In this document: in pieces, positions 11,224 to 22,872 of the stretch | Position numbering within the stretch: position 1 is the stretch's first letter | How the letters are laid out: the number at the start of each line of letters is the position of its first letter | Notes under the pieces: generated by a model | What the model was told of the DNA's origin: nothing | The model's input: the letters and a program-made list of their open reading frames with translations, nothing else | Databases searched by the model: none | Source: Massalongia carnosa | Taxonomy: Eukaryota | Direction: 5' to 3' | DNA: 64,000 nucleotides | Assembly (NCBI GenBank): GCA_965645245.1 | Contig: OZ287073.1 | Coordinates: 1,736,001 to 1,800,000 of the forward strand | Made by a program: the position numbers and the translations under genes

Positions 11224-14200
11224 ATGCACCCTCTAAACCCTTTCTTAAGGGCATTCTTCAGAAGCACATTGCCAAACCAATGCAACCCTATCAATAATCA
11301 TGTAAGCATTCTGGCGTTAAGAAAGTGACCATGCTCTTATTTGCAGAGAAAAGTATCCTAATTATGTATTTAGATACTGCTAGTACCCACGACTGACGTT
11401 CTTCTAACCTCAAAAGATCGAGAAACGAACGCCCTCTATGCGGATCTCGCGACATCGGAAGACTTCTTAGCTAGTCATGTTCTGCGCGTGTTAGGGACAA
11501 TCACGCCTGGAAATGGAAGTGTGCGCGACAATAGGGGGAAAGCGAAGCAATATACTACGGTGAATGGGCGAATTATTGTGGTCAAAGAGTCGTTTGTCTA
11601 TAGTAATAAGGGTATTCCATTTTCTTTCCAGCAGTCCTTCCTATTGGTTGTGCTGACAGACCGTTGACCACAGGTTTCAAGACTCTGAACCAGGCTCAAC
11701 TCCTTAGTGACTTGCTATATTACCCCAATAGCTCTGATACCCAGCAATGGCTTGTTTACTATATCTCGAGGCCGTTAATTGGCTCCCTCGAACATATCAA
11801 GGTCACTCCAGCCACTCTTCCTTTGTTGTATCTCCAAAACAAAGCCGTTCCGGATATGCGAACTGCACAACTAGAATCAAAACCTGACGCCCAATCATCT
11901 AGCCTTGATAAAAAGGATGTTAAATCATTTAATGATCTTTTGAATGGATTTCCAATGATAGCAAGACAAATGCAACCTGGGTTAGAGCGGGTTTTTAAGG
12001 ATTTTCACAAAGAGATGAATGATAGACCTCCTTTGGCCCTGTTGCGGCCCTCGTCTAGGCTTTCCCGTAGGCCTTCGGCAGCATCTTCCCACTCCGGGAG
12101 TAATGGCTCTATTCACAGCAGATTCTCAATCGGCCATGCCAAGCCAGCTTCGGTAGCCACCCTAAATGTTAACGAAGAGGAAGACTACATGCGTCGAGCG
12201 CTTGAGACTGCAGTGACGGCAGCGATAGATCTATTTCAACTTGTCGACAAACAGCAGCTTTCTTTTCTAGGAGCTACAACTGAGTTGACTGGACCGGTTG
12301 TCGAACGCATGATTGAGCGATATGTCACCGAGCAGCTTCACAACCCAGTCTTATTTCCAATGCTCTGTAATAGTAGAAAGTTGGATGACCTGGAACTAGA
12401 GTCTCGAATCCACCAAATGCAATATGTCGACATTTCCCAAGTTGGCATAGTGATAGAGGATGGGCGGCAAGGGAAAGAGCAACTCATGCTTAGATTAATG
12501 CGCGGAATTGAAGAGTTTAGAAAGTTAGGTGTTGCTGGTAGCCCGGAACAGATGTTGGATATCCTACTTGCAACACAGAAGGCAATCACTCAAGGAGATG
12601 ATACGATTGACAAACCCAGTGAGCGTAAAGGCGAAGAGGAATGGGTAAAGGTTTCTGAAAAGCCGACTGCTATCATAGCCATGAACGCTGATACTTTGGT
12701 CTCTCTACTCCTTATTGTTGTCATACGCTCCCAAGTGCGACATTTGCAGGCCCGGCTGACATATATGCGAAATTTTATATTCATTGATGATGTGGAGTCC
12801 GGCGAAATTGGCTATGCTTTAAGTACGTTTGAGGCAGTGCTTTCCTACCTGGGAAATGACTCTGGTGGCCTGCAGCGAGCGAGCCGACGCAACAATCGGC
12901 TATGGAAAGCTGCTGCAAAGGGTGATATATCAAAAGTCCGCGCAATTCTAGAGCCAGCTCAAAATTACATTGGTTCAAAATTACTTTCTCATTCTTTCAA
13001 TAGTGATGAGAAAGATCTCACTGACGAAGAAGATATACCTGGTAACTTATCAAAACATTTTTCCGGAAAGGAGAACGCAATACATGAGGTCGATCATACC
13101 TCCACACCTCCAACGGAAACTTTTTCCTCCAGTCGTTCAAGCTTAGCTCATGTCTTCCCGTTTCAGTCCATGCCCGAAACCAGCTCTACGAATCTGGCCG
13201 GCCGCAAAGTAAAGCGAGTTTCTATGGATATGCGAAGTCTTTCTAACGTCTCTGAGACCTCATTTCGATCTCAATCGGCATCCCGAACGTCCACTATTGA
13301 CTCAGGTGTTAACATACTCGAAGGAGACACTTCAATAGAGACCCTCTCCCAGACGCAGGACTCTGAAGGAGACTCGCTTCTCATGATGGCCGTAAATGCC
13401 CAGCAACCAGCAGTTCTTGAATATCTGTTGACGCTCAAAAAATTTTATCCCATCAAGGCTGTATTGGAAGACTCCAACAGCGAAGGTACAACACTCCTTA
13501 GTGCTGCTGTTCAGCTGTCGCATTCACAAATTATTGACATTATCTTACGGCATATCTTAGAGAAATGTGAAAAGCAGCCAATAATGGAACACTTCGCAAA
13601 GGCGGATACTAGGGGTCGAACTGTGGCACACTATCTTTTCAACGCGCCAGATCTCATTCAACGCTTTGGTGACCTATTTCCTTGGAGGCAGAAAGATAAG
13701 CATGGGCAGACACCGCTGCTATCTTTATGCCGGTCCTATGATCATCCTGACTATTCTAACATGGTCAATGATGCGCTTCATTTTGCTACCGATGAACAAA
13801 ATGACGGCCAGCCTCTATGCCTTGATAATCATGTGGATGCTAAGGGTAACACGCTGCTCCACGTTCTCAACGATCCGCACCTGGCCACAATCATAATGCG
13901 TCATTGCGACTCGGATACTAATGCTACCAATGACAAGCGTTTCACTCCCTTGATGGTCGCAAGCAAGTACGGCCGTATCGACATGGTAAGGGCATTTTTT
14001 AGCGACAAACGAGTAGATATCTTTGCACGAGAGCTAAGGGGCATGACGGCTGTAGAATTGGCTAAAGACGATGAAATACGAAATCGTATTGATGACATGG
14101 TACTAGTGTCAAATGTACCTGGTGCAGATGGAAGAGTCACAGCCGTTGTCCGATCCTTTTTCGTCGAAGATGCGTCTATTCGTCTTATCATTAAATCCGC

Positions 14201-15267
14201 CATTCGCAATGGCAATGGCATGATTGGAGTCACAACTTGCCGTAGATCATTGGCGGACTTTGAGAACTTGGCAAAATGGCTATCCATTGAACATCCTGCT
14301 TCATGGCTTCCGTCCATCTTCAACTTTCGTTCTCCTTTTCAGCTTCCCTCGAGACCCTCGAGAGCCGCACTTCAAGACATACAAATTCGGCTTGATCAAT
14401 TTTTAAAGATTATGCTGGCACATTCAACATTTTCGACACATGAGTTGCTGTGGGAGTTTATCTTGTTCCCTGAAATCCAGCCAGAAATGATGGCAGAGCG
14501 CAGCAGGAAAAAGGCTGAGATACGGGTTGAAAATGTTAAAGAACAGTATGAACCGATAGATAACGTTCAAGATGTAGAGTCTTTTGTAGGACATGCGCGA
14601 GAAACCATTCGAGGGGTCAATCAGGCAATGAAGAACATAACGCGCAAAGTCAGCACGGTTCGCAACACCTCTTCTGGTATGTACTTTGCTTAAGACCGAT
14701 TATGAGAGACTAAGCGATGATTTAGATTTGGCCGTTGCCCTTAACCTCTGCACACGAACAGTGGCAACCTTGCAATTTCTCCCGGCGCCCTTTATTATTG
14801 CTTTCACTCGATATGCCCACACCAACCGTCTCCAAGAGTGTGACCCATATAGATTTTTCCACCAGGACTTCCAAACGATTATATCCACCATCCAGGCGAT
14901 TTTGTCATCTCTCTCCCGTCCTCATTCCCTTATCAGCTCGCTCCGAAATATTCAGAAAGCAATGGATCGACACACATCGTCGCTGCGCCGTTCCGATCGC
15001 TGGCCTCTGGGCCTTCTTGACGAGACTCGGAAGGGTGTCCATGCTGAGGCGCAAGATCGAGCAGATAAATGCGAGGAAGATTTGAGAGCCGTGAGCTGCG
15101 AATTGCGGTACACGCAGCAAACTGTGGCAGGAGAACTCGCAGGATGGCAGGATTTGCATGCCCAATTAGGCAAACGAGCGATCAAAACGTTGGCAGAAAG
15201 GATGATTGTCCGTGAAAAAGACCGACTAGAAGGAATGAAGAGGGCTTTCAAGGAGTTAAAAAGCTAA
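11224..15267 (+). CDS. VPS9-domain Rab GEF with ankyrin repeats and PX-like domain (UPF0507 / VARP-like family), multi-exon
   Basis: Start MHPLNPFLRAFFRS. VPS9 motifs NADTLVSLLLIVV and GYALSTFEAVL. Ankyrin repeats (GQTPLL, GNTLLH, FTPLMVASKYG). PX-like RRSLADFENL..HELLWEF. An intron near 14678-14728 links the two long ORFs. Confidence 0.88.
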
Positions 15268-16121
15268 CTCCAGTGGGACTAGATGGGCGCGCAGGCATTT
15301 TGGCGGCTAATTTCAAGTTGATGCGTTTTTGGGCATCGTAGGGGGGTTATCTGATATAGCAGGTAGCGTTTGATACCCATATCTCTTGTGAAAGCTGGTG
15401 CGCCTTGCAACATTTTCCGAGACAAGTCGTTGGTTGGAGGTGATGACTTGTTGCAATTTACTTTAATCAAATATAGCATTGCCTCTGGAAATGTCTGTCT
15501 CCCACGTCGTCACTATTGATTGTATTCTGCAATCCACAAGCATCACGGCCGCAAACCCAGCCCTGTATCTTGATGGGAGTTTACACTCGCGAACACCTCA
15601 ATTTACCAAAACATAAGAAATCGACTGAACCCGCACGTATGCATATACATACCACCCATTCAACATTCAATCCCAATATATCGTATCATTATCGCCGCCC
15701 CCCCCCAAAAAAACGCTAAATGTCGGACGGGTTTAAACGAAAATCTCAGCTAGATAAGGTATCGGCGAAACGAAAGGATGGCGTGTGAAACAGCTGGCTG
15801 TTAGAAAAGGGGAAATGAGTAGTGAATGGATGAATGAACGGGTAGACAAAAAAAGCTACAAATATATGGGAAATCTCGGGCCCCATGAAACCCCAGCATG
15901 GTTTCCAACCATTATACAATGCCTAGGATACTTGCAGTCCCGCTAGTTTCTCAACCTATGCTTGAAGAATACCAAGACCCACCACTTCCGAGCTCAGAGA
16001 TGCCCTCCACGAGCCGACACGGCGCAGACACGCCTATCCCCTTCACGTATAGCATAAACTGTTCCCCAAAGCAATCGGAACACTACAAAGCTTGGAGATG
16101 GAATCTTCGAAGCGTCTGATT

Positions 16122-16124
<3 letters not shown>

Positions 16125-16156
<32 letters not shown>
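16125..16156. repeat. (CT)n microsatellite
   Basis: Read directly from the sequence. Confidence 0.95.
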
Positions 16157-16159
<3 letters not shown>

Positions 16160-16779
16160 CGCTCTAGCGAGATCTGATGAGGTTGGACCAGAAAGTCGTG
16201 ATGCTTTGGTTCCTGGTGCGGAGAAAGGCCTCCACCGTGGGCATTTTAGACGCCCCCATGATAGCAGTGGTTCTACCGGCGCTGCTATCAGCATTTCCCC
16301 CGTCCCGTCAAACTCTGCAGGCCGGGGCTAAATCAGCCCATATTCCCAGATCCGCCCGGTGCGATCGGCTGCCTTGCATGTCCTGGCGATGAATGGCCTT
16401 GCGAGACGCCTTTGCGAAATCGATAATGAGCTGCTGTAATGGGAATGGTAAGGTTCGGAGCAACAGTCCAGGAGATGTGATATTAAAAGACAGTCTACTT
16501 GTTGCTACCCACCATAAGAGTAGAAAAGCAGTGTGAAACTAAATCTCTCGCTGATTAGGTCTGTAAACTTTGATTTTGGAAGCGATTCCTAAAACGATAA
16601 GTCATGGGAGCTATTACTTCCCATACACATGCTCCATCTTTATCGCTTTGCTACAAAGCCTTGTCGGGGTATTCAGAGCGGCAGTTGCAGTTAAACGAGT
16701 GTAATAGGCTGCCAAAAGTCATTGTAATCATTGAGATCATTATCAAATTTCTTAGCACAGGACCCCATGGAGGAAGCAA

Positions 16780-17551
16780 TCACCAATGGTGTTGCAAACG
16801 GGATGCTCTTTGGTCGAGTTCTCCGCGGGCTCGCACGACGAAAGGAACACTACTCCCTGCAAACCACGCAATGCGGTCGAGCCTCTGTGCAATGGCGGGC
16901 GCGAAACCGACCAGTCCCTCGCTTGTCACAACGAACTGTCCATCGTTGAGCGTTCTTCGCAGAAGGACTCGGTATATCCCACGTGTCTCCTTGACAAGAA
17001 AATCCGCTACCGTAATCCTATTTCTGTGGATGCCATAGTCTTCAGCGACAGAGCATGAATGTTTCAAGAGATTGAAGACATGAGCAGTTAGGATGATCAC
17101 CCCGGGACCAAGCCAACCCAAAACGCATCGAGGTTGCCGGAAGATATCCCCCATCGTTTCTACTTGTGATCCCCTTCCCAACGACATCTTCCTGGTTGAC
17201 ACATACCCCATCAGCCCATAGAAGTCTCGGGGTGTGTCTCTCCCGCGAAATTTGCGGAAGCGCGGGTGCGAGGCTTTCTGCGATGTTTTGGTGGCTGGCA
17301 CTGATGGTTAGAGTATGTAGCTGGGGCCCCAGGCGTAAGAAATGCTTTCATAAATCAGGATGGTCCGACAGACGGACCTCAAGAAGCTCACGGCGCAGAG
17401 GTTGGGAGTGTGGTTTATTAGGCTCGAGCCGTATGAGCCTGATCGGGTCTGGGTGCTTTAAATGTTGATAAAGGTAAGGCGGTACTCCCTTGAGGTTCAG
17501 ATGCAAGTCATGGACAGCGCGATGGTAATTACATATATTTTCAGCCGACAC
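16780..17551 (-). pseudogene. Heterokaryon incompatibility HET-domain (het-6-like) pseudogene, frameshifted and internally deleted
   Basis: YLYQHLKHPDPIRLIRLEP..LLEVRLSDHP (HET N-terminus), RGSQVETMGDIFRQPRCVLGWLGP (HET core), then almost at once the C-terminal motif TSEGLVGFAP..DRIAWFAGSSVPFVVR. Stops and frameshifts are present. Confidence 0.8.
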
Positions 17552-17777
17552 GATGAAGCCCGCGAGTTACGATAGTATGCTATCTACATACCTATCCATC
17601 TCCAGTCCCAATCAACCCACCAAAACCAAACATTATACATACGCGTCGACCAAACTACTAGCAAGACAAACCGTTGCGCGGGGAGGGGTGATTAGTGGAA
17701 GATTCTCTTGCATTAAACGCACTCTTGGGGGGAACCCATTTCATGTCTAGGTATTATCTGGGTATCTACATATGGCG

Positions 17778-17803
<26 letters not shown>
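17778..17803. repeat. (GA)n microsatellite
   Basis: Read directly from the sequence. Confidence 0.9.
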
Positions 17804-17809
<6 letters not shown>

Positions 17810-18322
17810 GAGGAAAGGGGGTTGTATTAAGTTGCCTAGATTACCTACCTACACACTCAGGTACTACCCGAGCTGCCCCCAAAGAGATACCGAGGTATGC
17901 CAAGAGGGCAGCTAGCCAGCCAATCATTCCCCATCTGTAACCCTACCCAATCCTAGTTCCTGGACGTAACGTAAGTAGGTAGACCCCCCTTACTTACTCC
18001 CGCAACAAGGAAACCCCCCATCCGCGAAGCAACCCCCCCTTCCGGGTTCAGCCGTGACTATGAACACCAGCCAAGTAGATATCCAAACAAACCAAACAAA
18101 CCAAACGAACAGAAATAACCCTCCCTTTCCGTTCCTCCCGGTTTTTCCGGAAACGCCGCGCGGACTTGCGCTTTCAATGCCCACTCAAATATACCCAAAC
18201 GCCGTTTTGGTTTCGGTAAAAAACCCCCATCCCCCGCTTTGGCCCATTATATGGTATGTCAAATGAATTGCAGCATGTACAGATCCCCCGTGCGTGCACC
18301 CATCCCCGCGCAAAAATGGCCC

Positions 18323-20967
18323 TTACGTGTCAAGCAACGAGTCGTTCTCCAGATCGTCGATCAGGCGCGTGACGGCGCCCAGAAGCACCTTCTTCTCAAG
18401 GATATGTCCGAATTTGATCCCGGAGGAACTGACCGCGGGGTTGAAGGGGGTGGTGTCAACGATCTAGACGAGGGGAGGGTAGTTAGCTAAAGGATAAAAC
18501 TTTTGGTGAGGGGTAGAGTGGATGGTAGGAAGACAGCGTAACGGAGACGGTAGACACTCACATCTCGGATGGGTGGGTCCCGCTTCTTGAGGTCATCGTC
18601 TAGGCGTTTCAGATACTTTTTCGCGCGGTCGTCGTCGCCGATCTGTACAAATTGAACGCCAATATAGCCTTTGGGGGCTTTTAAGTTGTCGAGCTGCTCC
18701 GCAACGTCCACGATGTACTCCTCCACTTCTTGTTCGTCGTTGGCCTGGCCGTCGGTGAGAACGATTAGATTGAGGAACTTGGGCTTTTTCGGGGCGATGG
18801 CGGTCTTGACGCCTCTCGCTTGCTTCCGTTTGTATGCCGTTGATTCCTCCAGATACTGCTCGTACCGCATGAGATGGGGCCCCATGGCGGCGGTCAGGTG
18901 GTCCCAGAATTCGGTGCCGCCACCGTGGATTGGCTCCGAGAGGTTGACTTTGTCGAGTATCGCTCGGATTTGTATTCCGCTAGTGACGTTGTCGGCGTTG
19001 CGGGCTTGGTCTTTTAGGAAGCGAATGTCAATGCCGTCCTCGTCGTAGCGGGCCGCGAGCTCGGCAATATGACCCAAGGCTTGCACGGTCACATCCCATC
19101 GCTCAGGGCCACTGCCATCTTTCGTGATGGATTGCGTCATGGAACCTGTATCGTCGACGATAAAGACGGTGTCGAACATCTTTAGCCGGTTTAGATAATC
19201 GTCGTCGGTGTTGGCACTAGTGCTTTGACGATCAGTCTGTCTTCTCATGGTTGAGCTGAATCCCCCGCTTTGCTTTTGCGCATTGGCGAGTTCTACCTCC
19301 GGAGCTGACACCGAGTTGCTTGAGGGGATCACTGATGGTCTGTTTAGTCGCAGCGGGAAAGTCTGCTGTCTGAGAATTGGGTTGGGCTTATCAAGGTCGT
19401 AATGTTCTTGTGGGTCATCATAAGTGGAGTTACGAGGATCCTGGGGGAAGTTGACGGTAACGTGAGTGTGATGTCCAGGCCAAGGCGCTTGATGGTATCT
19501 CGTAGTCTCATCCGTTGGCCTTGAAGAGGTTGACGCTATAGACGCATTCATCAATTTCGAGGAGTTCGGTTGCGATTGAGAATGATTAGCGATCATTTGA
19601 AGAATCAAGCCCTCCAAAAATTTATATTCGGTTCGTTCTTCGTTATCGAACTTGGCTATAGTTCGGTGGTCGCCTGGAAGGTGAAATGGGGTCGCAGTAT
19701 CGTTAAAGATGGCCTTTGCTGACTCTTTGCTAACAGTCTAAAGAGTTAGATGCCACGTATTAGCGGTAATATTATATTAAAAGCGTGCTTTGATTGCAGT
19801 AGCCTGGGGTCATAAGAAATAGCAAAAATGGAGATATCATACCAAATTCGAGCTAACAACAGGATTATCTTCGCAGCCAATTAGAATCGTCATACCCGTC
19901 CCCTCCACGATAGATTTGAAACGCTGTACAATTTGGGGTACCTCTATCGACTGGCTGTTCTCGCGAAGTGACGCCAGGAACGCATCGTTGGTGGCACTGA
20001 ACCTATTGAGTCCCTTCACTGCCCGTACAAGTGGCACCAGCACATTTGCTTGACCGCTGCCATAAAATGGCGTTCCTAAGAAGCATATGCCTTTCACCAG
20101 ACACTCTTTGCCGTTCTGAAAGAGATTTCGGTACACGTCTTTATTAACGTACTCTTCGTCTTCGAATAGAGCCATTATGAGAGCCTTGAAATCCTCAGTA
20201 GATAATTCTCACTAGTAGTAAAATCGCGCTGACTAACCTGGCACACTATCAATCCACCGAGGCTATGACAGACGAAATAGATTTGTTTAGGGTTTGGCTG
20301 TCATGTGTTAGAAACAAGGCCGAATCACATCACGGGGGATAACATACGCGCGATGAACGTGCGATTAAGCTGGCTAAGAGATTCTCGGCGGTGCTAGTGA
20401 TATCTGCATTTGGGGCTGCCCCTCTGAAGATGTTGGCGTTGTATCCAAGGGTGAATACTCGAGCGTCGATTTCCTTGCGGAGAAGTCCTTTCGGAAGAAA
20501 ATCGCGGGGCCAAGATTTCAAGTTTTTGATATCGTCGTCCACGTCAGAGCACCATGTCTTAAAAGCGTGGCCACCAATGCCATGAACAAAGTAAATACTG
20601 TAGAGCAGCATGGTTAGCGGCAAATTAACTTATTAGATATGAGTAAAACGTACTGGATTGGGGCATCCACGGGGCCACTGAGCGGCGTCAAGCCCAAGAA
20701 ATCGTCCGTAACCGAGAGCAATTTGCTGCCTCCACGAAAGCCGGATCTATTGAAGGCCTCGCGGAGACTCCCGCAGCTCCTAGCTCGGCCTCTCTTCTCC
20801 TTTCGAAACGTGACGGTGGCAGCGGATGAATGTCCTCGAACATCCTCAACAATTTTGCTCACAGCGCACGGGGTATCGGGGTGCATCTGGGCGTTAAAGT
20901 GATCCTCCACCGCAGACTTGGTTGTATTGAGGGGCAACCCCCGTACGCTGCATGTAAGGTACTTCAT
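18323..20967 (-). CDS. About 760 aa fusion protein: RRM-like N-terminus + SesB/PGAP1-like alpha/beta hydrolase + C-terminal von Willebrand factor A domain; exons 20967-20654, 20597-20348, 20297-20238, 20184-19843, 19737-18562, 18463-18323
   Basis: Five canonical introns give a continuous 2283-nt frame. Hydrolase motifs: FVHGIGG, WPRDFLP, RVFTLGYNA, CHSLGG (nucleophile elbow), FLGTPFYGS, GDHRTIAKF. vWA MIDAS-like motifs: FIVDDTGSM, GGGT, LTDG, VQFVQIGDD. Confidence 0.85.
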
Positions 20968-22872
20968 GGCAAAACGATAGCGACTTGATGTCGATGGGTG
21001 ACGAGTTTTTGATCATACAATGGCAACAATACAACAATGTGAACACGAGATGAGAATCCAAAGCCAAAGACGAAGACTAGAGCGAACACAGGCGTTTTAT
21101 GAAGTAACAGCCCACCATATCCTCCCACCCCACCAACTTTTGCTCCAAGCGAAAATCAGCCCGGCCTAACGAAAAGGAAGTACAGATGGAGGCTCATAAG
21201 ATCGAAAGCAGACAAGCTCATGACAGTTTGGTAACAGCATCTGTCATCCTCATGCATCTTCATACATGCGAGTCGCAGCCGATGACGAATTCCTGCTCCC
21301 CTCACCACTCCAGACGAGATCCCGATAAGTCCCGGCAGTATCTTGCCAGGATTGCGTATTAGGCAGACAGTGGCAGCCTTGTTGCGTGAGCTGACATGGA
21401 TGGTCGGCTGCACCGCTCATTGGTGCTTCCAGGGACAGGACTCCCAAACTGGACTCCCAAACTGACTCACAAGGCGCAGCTTCGAGTCTTCGAGCCATAA
21501 CACGATCGCGATGGTGTTCGTCGAAGCTGATTCCAGCAGACACGGGACCAAGAAGACAGCAACATAGCGCATAAGGCTATTTGTACAAGCGTACTGCGGG
21601 TGGGTGTTGAGTTCGTTCCGGAGGCAGGGAAGGGAGAAACCGAGGAACCGGGGGAAAAGCTTACTTAGCACCTGTAACACCTGGGCGATGGGCGATTGGC
21701 GATTGGCGATTGGAGTCTCTTGAGCAGGCGAATTCGGCAGCATGCAGCTAACATTAGTACATGTACCTTGTACTTCGGACAGAGTACAAGAGACTAGGCA
21801 CTCGGTATTTCGATCACAAGGGGCACGAGGCTGAGGAGGCTTGTCCCCCCAACGTCCAACAATCACCCAATCAGCAAAGCTAAGCTGTAAGATATTTGTC
21901 GTGCTCAATACGGAGTACGGAGTACTGTGTACAGAGTACTCTAACCGCCCACCCACTTTTAGACTGCGTTCGTTCCAACCTTGACATCACCGGCCAGGGG
22001 TCTACGAGAGTGGATGTGAAGCCTTGTGAAGCCTTACGGATGGTGCTCCTCACCACTAGTTAAAGCTCTGTCGAAATAACTTGGCTCATATCACACCACG
22101 CGAGCATTTCGGGTTTCGGCGTGGCAGTTTGTGTGGATGTCTACCTTTCTCACCATACGGTATCCCGAATCCAAGGCTTCTCACGGCGACTCAGGGCGAG
22201 GGACTCTGTAGCGCGATGAAGCGAAATACAGACTTGATCAGCATACTAACATGGCTATTGGGGCCGTTTAGGCCGTTGTAACAAGCTCTTTGACCGAACC
22301 ACAGTACGATTAGTGCATCAACATGGGTTGCGATGACTCTGTCCAGCACTATCAAGAGTCGAACCCATCTATTATGACAATACATGAAATAAGCCCACCA
22401 ACACAGACAGTTTTCTCTGAGATGTCCACCGAGGATCTTTGTGAGGTAACTTCGCAGTAGGTGATGCCGCAACTGATGTATATCCAACTGTATCGGCTCT
22501 CCAGGCTTCTTGTAGAGGGGTCAAAAGGCCGGACAATGATTCAACGGGGTAATCCTTTCAATTCTCCGTATCCGTTCTCTTTCGCATGAAATCTCGCGCC
22601 GTTGTGACGCAAAGGCATGATGATTCTTCCACTTTTACATACTTTGATATGATCAAGATATCCATGGGAGATTTTCTACTGCTTGGGCGTCCTTTCTCGA
22701 ACAGCTCTCAAAATTTCATTGTGGTTGGAGCTCTGATTAAGATTCTGAGGCTCATTTAAGAGTTCTCAGCTGTGAAGTGTACTGGGAGAACTTATGGGCT
22801 GTGGCTGCTCGTTAGGTTGCGCTCCATCCGCACAACTTTTTTTTTGGTCAGATAGAGACATTAATTCTGGCA

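Noticed and set aside
7444..15267. Many antisense ORFs inside HIR1 and the VPS9 gene
   Set aside because: Opposite-strand shadows of long coding regions.
15516..16392. Several short ORFs around the CT microsatellite
   Set aside because: No recognisable motifs or consistent splice structure.
21156..21956. ORFs upstream of the hydrolase-vWA gene; GGCGATT and TACGGAG short repeats
   Set aside because: Low-complexity intergenic sequence with no protein motifs; the repeats are too short to interpret.
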